Shown: one piece after another, positions 31,589-42,000 of the stretch
Numbering within the stretch: the stretch's first letter is position 1
Layout of the letters: every line of letters begins with the position of its first letter
Assembly (NCBI RefSeq): GCF_963853765.1
Contig: NC_088860.1
Location: forward strand, 14,136,001 to 14,200,000
From: Magallana gigas
Lineage: Eukaryota
Reading direction: 5' to 3'
DNA: 64,000 bases
The notes under the pieces: model-generated
What the model saw: the letters and a program-made list of their open reading frames with translations, nothing else
Databases searched by the model: none
What the model was told of the DNA's origin: nothing
Made by a program: the position numbers and the translations under genes

Positions 31589-33081
31589 TCGACCGTCTGC
31601 TTGTGTTTTAAACAATCACTATGAATAACAGCTAATGTTTTGGACTTTTACAATTTTATCATTAAACTTAATGTGGTTTATATAATCATTGATAAGAAAG
31701 TGTGGACACATTTTTGTGCATTCATAAATTTAGCTGAGTTATAGATCAAATAAAGGTTAATATAACTACCCATAGTCCATTGGCTTTGCTTACTTCAGTT
31801 AGTATTAGGCTACTTGTAAATGCATCGAATGTGTACCTATTGACAATGCGCACATCATTTTATCATCATCATTTTAAGGTTGCTCACTCCTCTATGAGGT
31901 TGTATCAGGAGTTTCTTGGTTAAGTTCATCATTGAAATAATTTAAAAAGAACAAAGAAAAATGAGAGGGGTCGTGTTGATTCCTCCGAGTAATCATGACA
32001 CAATTGTATCCAGTGTTATCAACGTAGTAGATTTATTTCATCAACTCTTGTTTACTGATAAAAGGACAGATTGAATATAAAGAATAAGACTCTTTTTTCA
32101 CTTCTTAATTACCAAATATAGAAGGATAGCTCGTTTCCATACTACGCTTTAATTGCTTAAAAAGGTTCGCTCCTTAGGTTTTGGGTAGCCATTTTGGGTA
32201 ACCTCTAGTCTGAAAATTCTGTATCACATATTGATTCTAGTAGTATATCTATATTTTACAATTCCAAATAAACTTTATTGAATAAAATTGTTTCAAAAAA
32301 TTACATTTTTACAGAGTTTAGTAAGAAACTATATTTTGTGGCGGAAGGTTTTGAGGAAGGAAATGAACAATTTTCATAACTCATGCAGAAGTTTTAGAGT
32401 ACGATTAGTTTAGCATTCCAAATTTCAGCGCACACCAAACTTCGAGAGTAGTTTGTGTTCAACGATTTATACATGATGTACTAAAAATCATGCTTGAACA
32501 ATATTTTGATATTTCTATCGATATGTTTTGGCATATTTAGCTTATATTTTAATTTATAGAAGTTAAGAAAAATTAACTCCAATTTAGGCCTTAAATTAGC
32601 TTATTTCATGCTATATCTCAAATTTTTGAGATGTAATCCTTTCTTACCTTTAAGATAAGACATTAAATATATGTCTATTTGTATGCAAAAATTTGTATAG
32701 AAGACATTATTGTATTTTTTTTAGCGTTTTAATTTGACCACTCCAAAATTTTGTAACATCTGTTGTTGTGTTCACTATGTATTGGTCTCTAAGCCACCAG
32801 TAAAGCAAGACTTTAAACTTTGACTTAGATTTTACTTTTATAGTCACTACATGTGTTCAACTTCATACTGCTTTAAAATTATAATTAAATAATAGTTCAA
32901 ACTGTAAATATTTGTTTGATCAATTTCCATGTCAAATGTTAGCAAAAATTTCAGAAAGAAGATGGGTGGATAAGGCATGTAAAATGCCCATACACGGTCG
33001 GACGAGCTACTGAAAAATTAAAATATCAATAAATGTGATACTTAAAAAAAACCATTTAAAGCAATATATTTTTAACACAAA

Positions 33082-33743
33082 CACTGTGCCGGATAATTAT
33101 GCCAGTGCCAACTTGAAGGTGGCATTTTTGCACCCGCTTAAGATGCAGTTTCGGAAAAATCCATATATACCAAATGGTAGACCATTGTCTAGAGAGTATA
33201 TAACCACTTTTGTTTTTAGGGTTTTTCACCTGACAGGTGAGATATTTACCTTTAAAAATTAATATCCCATAGGAAAATGATAATTCCCATAGGAGAATTG
33301 ATTCTCCTACAGGAAATATTGACAATCCTGTAGGATTTTTAAAAAGTTCTATAGGAATTATATTTCCTATAGGAGAATGGTATTTCCTGTAGTAATTTGA
33401 TTCAGACATGTAGTTTTCCTATAGGATATTAAGTTTTCCTACCGGATTTAATCAAATCCTATCGGAATTGAAATTCCTACAGGAAGTTCTTGTATTCCGA
33501 TAGGAAATTTCAAATTACCTATAGGAATATTGTTTTTCCTATGGGAAAAATTATTTTCCTATAGGAATTTATTTTTGAAAGGTAAAAATCTCACCTGACA
33601 GGTGAGATACAATGATAACAAAGGTGGATGTTAACTCTTTAAGCAATGGTCTATTATATGGCATATTTGAATTTTTCGATATATGCAGCTTAGACGGGTG
33701 CAAAAATGCCACCTTGGCACTGGCATAATTATCCGGCACAGTG
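33082..33743. mobile_element. Foldback-like element: about 175-bp inverted arms around a TTCCTATAGGAA-like tandem array
   Basis: 33082-33259 is the reverse complement of about 33570-33743; termini CACTGTGCCGGATAA / TTATCCGGCACAGTG. Confidence 0.8.
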
Positions 33744-34093
33744 TTCACATCTTTGATTTTTAACCTATAAATATGTTCAATACTTGGAATATGTTGACTC
33801 AAACAGACTTATACGTATCAAAACCTGCAAATACTGTAATTTTTTAGAACTTCAATGCATTTCCTTTTATAGAGTGGGTCTGTGCTCCATATTTTTCTCA
33901 TAGTCTAAATAAGGTCTATTGGAAAACAAACCGATTTCAATCAACAAAAACGTGGAGAGATGACCCACTATACATTAAAATTATCATTTTTTATCCCAAC
34001 AATTGAACGTTTTGAAAAAATAATACATGTCCGTAAGTTCGTGGTCAAAGTCACACATAATATTTTAACAGCCTTCTTTGTTGTGTCTGAAAA

Positions 34094-34167
34094 GGCTCAG
34101 TGGTTAAGAGTACCTGACTTAAGCTAACCTTGTATATCTGGGGTTTTTATGTTATGGGTTCGATACC
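34094..34167 (+). mobile_element. tRNA-derived SINE-like head (degenerate)
   Basis: A-box-like GGCTCAGTGGTT and B-box-like GGTTCGATACC. Confidence 0.35.
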
Positions 34168-34524
34168 ACAAAAATTTCAGACAATATTTTTTTTTCTTAT
34201 CTTTTGTTAAATATATTAAAACTGAATATAGTTAGAAATTGTGCTTTTGTAAACTTGTGTGATAATAATAATATATTTGAATAGATTTAATTGAAAAAAA
34301 AAATAAATTCAAAATTGTAGTTTACAGCTATACCGAATGGGCATTTGGGCCATTTTATTCCCCCATTTTCTTATCATTTCTGTTTGGGGCCCTATATTTC
34401 CCCCCCAAAAAATGGCATATGACATGGGTCACAAATAAAACAAATGAACATTTTAGGTCCCCATCCAAGTATTTTTTGGATGATTGACATTACTATTATT
34501 TCAGGTGCCAACCTCCTTAATGCA

Positions 34525-35340
34525 TCAAACGCTTTTAGTCCATTCTGAAAACGTGTCAAGGTCTTCTTTTGGATCGAATACCTTAACCAAATAATGAAAT
34601 ATACTAACTTCAAGTCCCGCCATGTCCAGTCTTTTGGTAAGGGCCTTTTTTGTGTGAAAGGTATTCATTTGGCGTTTGTTGTACGAGTTTTCTGGATGAC
34701 CGTACAAACTTCTGTTGTTCCTTTGGTGGTCTCTGTAATTTCCTACGGTGCGGTGTTTGATACCAGTGTTTCTATGTCTGAAACCTTGCTCCTGGCTTCT
34801 GCGCGATGCGTTGCAGATAGTGTCGATTGTTTTCTTCATATTTAAAGTTAATACAGCTGTTGTATCTCTAGAGAGGTGAATGCCATCACTTTTAAAGTCT
34901 CTCTACAGATTGCTCTACTAGGTTGCTGTTGACACCGATAAATATGTTCTCTGATTTTTTGAAATTCTGTTTAAGCACTGCATTTATCAATAAACCTTAA
35001 TTTTTGACATTCCACTCGTCTCAGTCCATCCGTTGTCTAGCTAAGTAGAGAACAATTTTGGTGGTTCGAAATTTCTTTATGGTTTTGTCAAAAAGCGATG
35101 CCATCATTTTGACACATCCTTTTGTATCAAGTTAGGAAATGATGTTATTTTTTACAGAGTGGAAATTTACCACAGCAAACTTCATGTCAGGGGCATTGCT
35201 GTCAATATTGTCATTTTCTATTTTGTAAGCTTCTTCTTTTTGTGTTGAATACTGTTCAATATGATTTATGTTTGATACTATAAGTAGAATAGGAATTGTT
35301 TGGTTTCTTGGTAAGAGATTTATTCCCACTATTGTGTGAT
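34525..35340 (-). pseudogene. Degenerate LINE (CR1/L2-like) ORF1 remnant with an SGNH-esterase-like motif
   Basis: RDFKSDGIHLSRDTTAVLTLNMKKTI (DxxH block) in frame with ORF 34525-34839, and an upstream ILLIVSNINHI segment; multiple stops and frameshifts. Confidence 0.4.
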
Positions 35341-35454
35341 GTTTGTTCTATATGAGCATTCCCAGAATTGGTCGTTGGAATGCTCGTTTGCTCAGGCTAT
35401 CTTCAGTTAGGTTTCCTTCTGGTCTCGCTGAAATTTCCTGCATTTGTGTTTGTG

Positions 35455-35624
35455 ATACAGCCAATGAGTAGCTTCAGTTTGTGATACAGCCAATGAGTAG
35501 CTTCAGTTTGTGATACAGCCAATGAGTAGCTTCATTCTGTACAGCCAATGAGTAGCTTCATTCTGTACAGCCAATGAGTAGCTTCATTCTGTACAGCCAA
35601 TGAGTAGCTTCATTCTGTACAGCC
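35455..35624. repeat. Minisatellite, 6 copies of a 26-29-bp unit
   Basis: Repeated ACAGCCAATGAGTAGCTTCA. Confidence 0.92.
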
Positions 35625-35920
35625 TATCTCTTGGCTTTCTATCGTATTTGTAAAGGATCAAACATAACTTAAAAGTGACTTGATTTCATCGTTTTTTTTA
35701 TAACAATGCGAACCAAGAGGTATTGTTCTTTCTGGGCATTTTCACATGCTTTGTTGAGATTTAATTTTATATTTCTGTTAGTACATTTTACTTTTTTGTA
35801 TTTTTCCTTTAAAATTGATTTTTGATATTCGAGAGTTGACACATTGTATATCGGTTTATTGTTTTTTTTGAAGTTTGAACACATTTTATCTTAGTTGTCT
35901 TACTTCGTGCTCATCGTAAT

Positions 35921-36029
35921 AGTAAGATCATATGAAGAGAAATCTTTCGTCATGAAGAATGGGCGGAGCGGAGCGAAGCGAAGCGTAGCCCATTCTTCTT
36001 GAGAAAGATTCTCTTCATATGATCTTACT
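35921..36029. repeat. About 110-bp hairpin (MITE-like) with a GAGCG/GAAGC repeat loop
   Basis: AGTAAGATCATATGAAGAGAA..GAAGAATGGGC / GCCCATTCTTC..TTCTCTTCATATGATCTTACT. Confidence 0.8.
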
Positions 36030-36273
36030 GTCTTAGAAATAAAATCAAATATTTGAGGAAAATACACCGCCCCTATTATGTCCAAATATTGCCGTGCCTT
36101 AATTGACACGTATGGAGGCCGGTGTATTTATTTACGTGAAAATCGGACACGCGTATTTTAACGTCTTAGAATGAATATGATTTAAAGGATATTGGTTTTA
36201 ATTAAATGGGATATTGAAATTGTGTTAAATTGTTAAATCGGTACATATGATTAAAAATATACTAGGTCTTTAA

Positions 36274-37079
36274 CGAGGCCGAGTACAGAACGAGTACGCA
36301 CGCTTTCGCGCAGCGTTTGATTTGTATTGTGACGTCATCTTTTTGCTTGGTTGACGCCATGGCGTGATAGTTTCAACTGCAGATATTCAGCGAAATTTGT
36401 TGAAAATGGCTCGTTTAATGCGTAAAATTAATGTTATATTGTGGAATAAACATAACTGTCTCGAACTATAAGCTATATTTGGGCTCGGGTCGAAAACCTG
36501 AAGAGGGTTCAGCAGACCTAACCCTCTGTCACGTTTTCTTAACCCGCCTAAATATAGCTTAATTCATATATTTCAAGACAGTAACCATGTATTTTATATT
36601 AATGACCCTTAATATGTGATGTTATATATTTTTTTATTACTTAAATATGTCTGAATGCTTTAATTATACTATAAAGATCACCTTTTCCGCCTTTCTCAAA
36701 TAAAAAATAGCCATTATCTGACAAATCTGGGAAATTGGGCATACAAAAATCAACTTTGATAAGACCCCTGGAACAAACCAGGAGGTAAAAGGTTTTTTTT
36801 ATTTGACCATTTGATGCCTTTTAGCAATAACTTTAATATGTAGAACAGAAAAAGAAATCCCTAGGGCAGAAGTTTAAAAAATGTGCAAAATTGATACATT
36901 TCAAGCGAAATCCCATAGGGTCCTATGTTAAAGATTAACAAACTTTGAGATGACCCCCTAAACAAACGGTGTGGTAAATGTTTTATTTTTTAATCTTAAA
37001 ATAATAATTATATAAATAGAAATTCAGGTAAAAAATTTCATTAAAAAATCTAGGGCAGAACTAATTAGACCCGGCCTCG
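36274..37079. mobile_element. Non-autonomous TIR element with TTAA flanks, copy 1
   Basis: TTAA-CGAGGCCG ... CGGCCTCG-TTAA; internally homologous to 51331-52358 in the opposite orientation. Confidence 0.8.
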
Positions 37080-37151
37080 TTAAATCTGTACAAGGTAACC
37101 AAATTAATACATGTAAAAGCCTTTTCTTTCTTCAGTAAATATCAATGCGTC

Positions 37152-37654
37152 TGTCACGGAGGTGACCGGCAATTCTTTATATCTACACATATTTGAAAGT
37201 CGGCTTGAAACTATTTACAAGTTTATTCACATCACCAAAGAAAAGTCACATTACATATTATGTTTAATCCATGTGCACCTCTGAATCTCCAACTCTATTC
37301 CTTACTCTATTCTACACCCATCTCCCTAATCTCTAAAGCTCATCATATATATACTATTAGGCTCCAATTGATGATTATCTTAAATCATTAGCTCCAATCT
37401 ATTAATTAATAAGCTCCATTTCTACATTTATCTCTATAAAATTCTAATCATCTTGTCTGAACTTTAACTTGACCTTGGCTCCCAATTCTACTTACAATAG
37501 CTCCCATAGCTCCAATAATTAAAAGCCCATAAAACTTGACCACTCTAGACATTAATCCATTCTTAATTACCCAAACACAGCTTGATCTGTCTGTACAGCG
37601 TATTACTCTATATAAATCACTATTAACAAATACACTAAAATTTACCCCTCATCA
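37152..37654 (-). repeat. 3' LTR of the Gypsy element
   Basis: Direct repeat of 44036-44538. On the minus strand there is an AATAAA at 37222-37227 and a TATA-like run at about 37345-37354. Confidence 0.96.
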
Positions 37655-37673
37655 TTCCTCCCCCTCATCTTTT
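37655..37673 (-). other. Polypurine tract
   Basis: Minus strand reads AAAAGATGAGGGGGAGGAA immediately before the 3' LTR. Confidence 0.88.
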
Positions 37674-38023
37674 ATATAACTGTCCTCAGTTTATGACTAC
37701 AATAACTGTAAACTAAAACTACAAAAAACTACCACTAAGAATACACGATTAGAAATAATAAAAAAACTCCACTAAACTACTTAAACATTAGGTATATACA
37801 CCTCAAAAATTAATGATCAAAATTCTCTACCCACTACCTTAATTTTTGATCTCAGTACTACTAATAAATGATATTAAAAGAAGTGCACAAAAGAATTAAA
37901 CAACAAAACATCAATTATACAATAGTAAAATAATATCTTTAACTGTTCATAGTAAAATAATATCTTTAACTGTCAATTCACGAAAATAATAATCCAATTA
38001 ATCGAAGTACTTAAGTGTCCAAA

Positions 38024-38929
38024 TCACAAACAAATATTTTCTGCGGATACAAATCGATTTCTTAAATTGTCCATATGTTCTGGTACTTCATTTAAAATGT
38101 TTTCGGCTACGGCGGAGAAGTCAATTTCTTCAGGTACAAGTCCTTCACTGTAACTGATTTCTGTCTCTCTTTCTATCGATTGGTGCCCGTCCAGATAGGT
38201 ATGTTGAAATTTCTTTAAAGTCAAAGTGATACACATTATTTCACGAGTGTCAATTTTACTAGTATGAGGGACATCTGATGAACTATCTGATGGTATTCCA
38301 TTATCCTCTTGAATCATGACATCTTCTTCTTCGTCTTCGCGGTGCACAGTATCTTCATCCTCTCCTAAATTCAGGATATATTCTTCGTCTTCATAATTTT
38401 CTGCGTTTAGGGTATATTCCTCTTCCTCCATATCGTTATCGTTCCCAGACTGCAGACGGTCCATTGTTTCTTCTAATGAGGTTAAGGATACTTCACTTAC
38501 AGGTGAATATGGATTGTCAAAAAATTCTTCAAAGTCGTTGTCATTTTCGTCGGAAATGTCTGAATACAGATCATTGGTAACAGTAACAAATACTGGCTCT
38601 TCATAGAGACTGCAATGATCCATTTTCAAATGTTGATTTAAGGCATATTTTCTTCCAAAAATTCTCCTACATGTTGTTACAGGGCATTGATGATGGAATC
38701 TTCCATGTCCATGAATTTCTCTGTTGTGACGATAAAGATTTTTTCTATGTTTAAATTTCCGATCACAAAGTGAACAATATTCAGTAGAATGAGGATAATC
38801 CATGAGTATTCGAAGAAGGCAAATGTAAGTTTGAGTTTTCTGATGAAGTTCTTCAGTATATATAGTGTCGAATGTCAAATTCAAAATTAATGTGTTTTGG
38901 GAGCCACACACAATGAATCTTGGAGCCAT
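38024..38929 (-). CDS. Extra ORF3 inside the Gypsy element: two C2H2 zinc fingers, acidic region and an unknown C-terminal domain (301 aa; 259 aa from the second ATG at 38803)
   Basis: Fingers CSLCDRKFKHRKNLYRHNREIH and CPVTTCRRIFGRKYALNQHLKMDH, then a D/E-rich tract. Lies between the pol stop and the polypurine tract, same strand as gag-pol, intact. Confidence 0.88.
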   Translation of the reverse strand: MAPRFIVCGSQNTLILNLTFDTIYTEELHQKTQTYICLLRILMDYPHSTEYCSLCDRKFKHRKNLYRHNREIHGHGRFHHQCPVTTCRRIFGRKYALNQHLKMDHCSLYEEPVFVTVTNDLYSDISDENDNDFEEFFDNPYSPVSEVSLTSLEETMDRLQSGNDNDMEEEEYTLNAENYEDEEYILNLGEDEDTVHREDEEEDVMIQEDNGIPSDSSSDVPHTSKIDTREIMCITLTLKKFQHTYLDGHQSIERETEISYSEGLVPEEIDFSAVAENILNEVPEHMDNLRNRFVSAENICL

Positions 38930-39070
38930 CCAGATGGTTTTGGAGCACTGGTCACTTTAATGTACATTATACAAGTTACGGTTCCTGTCAAATTATCTGC
39001 ATATCCATTCAACAAATTAAGAAATTTCACAGTTTTCTACTACATTTCTTCTTATTCAAATAACATTTCA

Positions 39071-42000
39071 TTAGTTTCTTCTTTGACGGTATGCAGCACC
39101 TCGACCTTTATAATTTCTTTCAAATTCCTCTAATAAATCTCCTGGGACCAATGAAGAATCTACCCATGCACTTTCCTTTTCATCGTTCTTATACTTAACA
39201 AAATATTTTGCCTCTGCTCTTCCCTTTTTATTTCTAGACCACAATTTATCACAAACTTCCACAATCTCATCATTTGATTCATTTACAGGATCCTCTTCAA
39301 TTTCATCATTTGTTCTGTTTCCTTCTTCCTGATGACAGACTTCGTTTTCATCTAAAGAATTATCTTCATCGGCACATTGATCTTCACAATATTGTAAATT
39401 TGGCGGTAAATCTTCAGGATCAACAAATATTTTCATTCTGTTTGCATGTATAATTTGCTGTTTCTTTTTGTTATCGCAACTTTCCACTTTGAAATTCACA
39501 GGAGATGTTTTCTCTATAACACGATGCGGTCCATTCCAAGGATGTATCAATTTACTTGTAAGACCTGGCTTTGTTACTGGTAAATAAATCCACACTCGAT
39601 CTCCTATGCTAAAATCTGGTTCTCTTGCATTTTTATCCTGATGTTGTTTTTGTTTTTGTTGCGCAAGTTCAATATTGTTCTTTACTAAGGTGAAAGCCTC
39701 ATTCAGTCTCTGGATTATAACACTTTTGTAGTCATCAACATCAGTATATAGTCTTGTTGGTTCAGACAATGCCACATCAATCGGTAGTCGCGCATCACGT
39801 CCATAAACTAAATAAAATGGTGTCTCCTGAATAGTTTCTTGTAAACTTGTCCTATACGCAAATAACACATAAGGAATATAAACATCCCAATCACGCTGAT
39901 GATCATTCACAAACATTGACAACATAGTTGCTAAGGTTTCATTAAACTTCTCTACCAATCCATCGCACTGAGGATGGTAAGCAGTTGTAAATATCTTCTT
40001 TGTATTCACTATTTCACAAACTTCCTTCATCAAACTCGAAGTGAAGTTACGTCCTCTATCAGAAAGTAATGTGCGAGGAGCTGAGTGTCGACAAATTATC
40101 TCTTCTACGAACAATTTTGCTGTGGTTTTTGCATCTGCGTTTGAAATTGCGAACGCTTCTACCCATCTTGTTAAGTAGTCTGAAAACACAACGATGTAAC
40201 GATTTCCTTTCAAACTTGGTGGTAATGGCCCTAAAACATCAACAGCCACTCTGTCAAATGGTCCATCCACAGGTATAGGTAACATTGGAGCTCTTTTTCT
40301 TCCCTTAGGTGTTTTTCGACTTGCACAGTTTACACAAGATTTACACCAAAAATCTATGTCTCTATACATTCCTTCCCAAAAGAATCTTTCTCTTATCTTG
40401 TAATACGTTTTATGAAATGCCAAGTGTCCTGCTGTATGGTCATCATGACACCAGGTTAAAACTTCATCTATCAATGTTCTTGGAATAACTAATCTCCTTC
40501 TAACCTCCTTGCGCTTTCCTTTAGCATCTGGAGCCCATATATGATAAAGCACATCATCCACCATCTCATAAAATGAAACGGAAGCCATAACTCTTTTAGC
40601 TCTCTCCTCATCTGTAGGAAGCTCATTGCATTTCAGGTAGTTCATTATATCACGTAACTTTGGATCCTTCATCTGCATTTCACTGATGTTCTTTGTTTGT
40701 AGTTTTTCTGGTAATTCCTCAAGAGTCATGATACTTTGTGTCTCTTTTCCCGATCTTGACAACCCATCTGCATTTCCATGCTTCTTTCCAGGTTTGTACT
40801 GAATCTCAACATCATATTCTTGTATAGCCAATGCCCATCTCGCTAATCGTCCACTTGGATTCTTTATCCCCATGAGCCATCGTAATGGATTATGATCTGT
40901 TATAACAGTAAATTTGTGCCCTAACAAATACTGTCTGAATATTCCAATTCCCCACACAACAGCTAAAGCTTCCTTTTCAATAACAGGATAGTTAAGTTCA
41001 CTCTTCTTCAAACTTCTACTGGCATATGCAATTGGACGCTCTCCAACATCTGTGTCTTGTGACAAGACTACTCCCAAACCCTGATCACTTGCATCAGTAC
41101 AGAGCTTAAATGGTTTTTCAAAATCAGGAAAACACAACACAGGAGCTTTGGTCATCAACTCTTTCAATTTCTGAAAAGCTTCTTCACATTTCTCATTCCA
41201 AGCAAATAAAGTCTCTTTATGTAACAGTTTATTTAACGGGTCTGCAATTTTCGCAAAATTGGGAATGAATTTTCGATAATATGATGCCAATCCAAGGAAT
41301 GCTCTCAAAAACTTCACGGAAGTTGGTCTCGGAAATTTACGCACGGCTTCTACTTTCTTTGGATCTGCTTTTACTCCTCCAGATGTTACAATATGTCCAA
41401 GAAATTCCACTTCAGTTTTGAAAAATGAACACTTTTTCTTTTTCAATTTCAAATTCGCTCCCCTTAATCTTGTAAACACTTCTTCAATTCTTTCTATATG
41501 CTCATCGAAGGTTTCCGAGAAAACAATAATATCATCAATATATGCCAACGCCATTTTCCACTGTATTCCTGATAGAACCAGATCCATCAGCCTCTGAAAT
41601 GTACCAGGCCCATTGCACAATCCAAACGGAAGACAGTTAAATTCATATAACCCCTCTGAGGTTACAAATGCAGTTTTCTCTTTATCCTCTTCACGAACAG
41701 GTACATTCCAATAACCTGTTAATACATCCATAACAGAAAAGTACTTTGCTTTCTGGAACACTTCCAACATTTCATCTATTCTAGGCAAGGGATATACATC
41801 CTTCCTAGTGACTGTATTCAACTTTCTGTAATCTATACAAAATCTATAACTCCCATCAGCCTTTTTCACCAAAACCACTGGTGATCCCCATGGACTACTT
41901 GAGGGCCTTATAACTTCTTTTTCCAACATACTCTTAATCTGTTTTCTTACTTCTTCCTTCTGTGCAAATGGTATTGAATATGGGCGTTGTTTTATGGGAT

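Noticed and set aside
38024-38929. ORF3 as an env gene
   Set aside because: No signal peptide, fusion peptide, furin site or transmembrane helix; it has C2H2 fingers instead.
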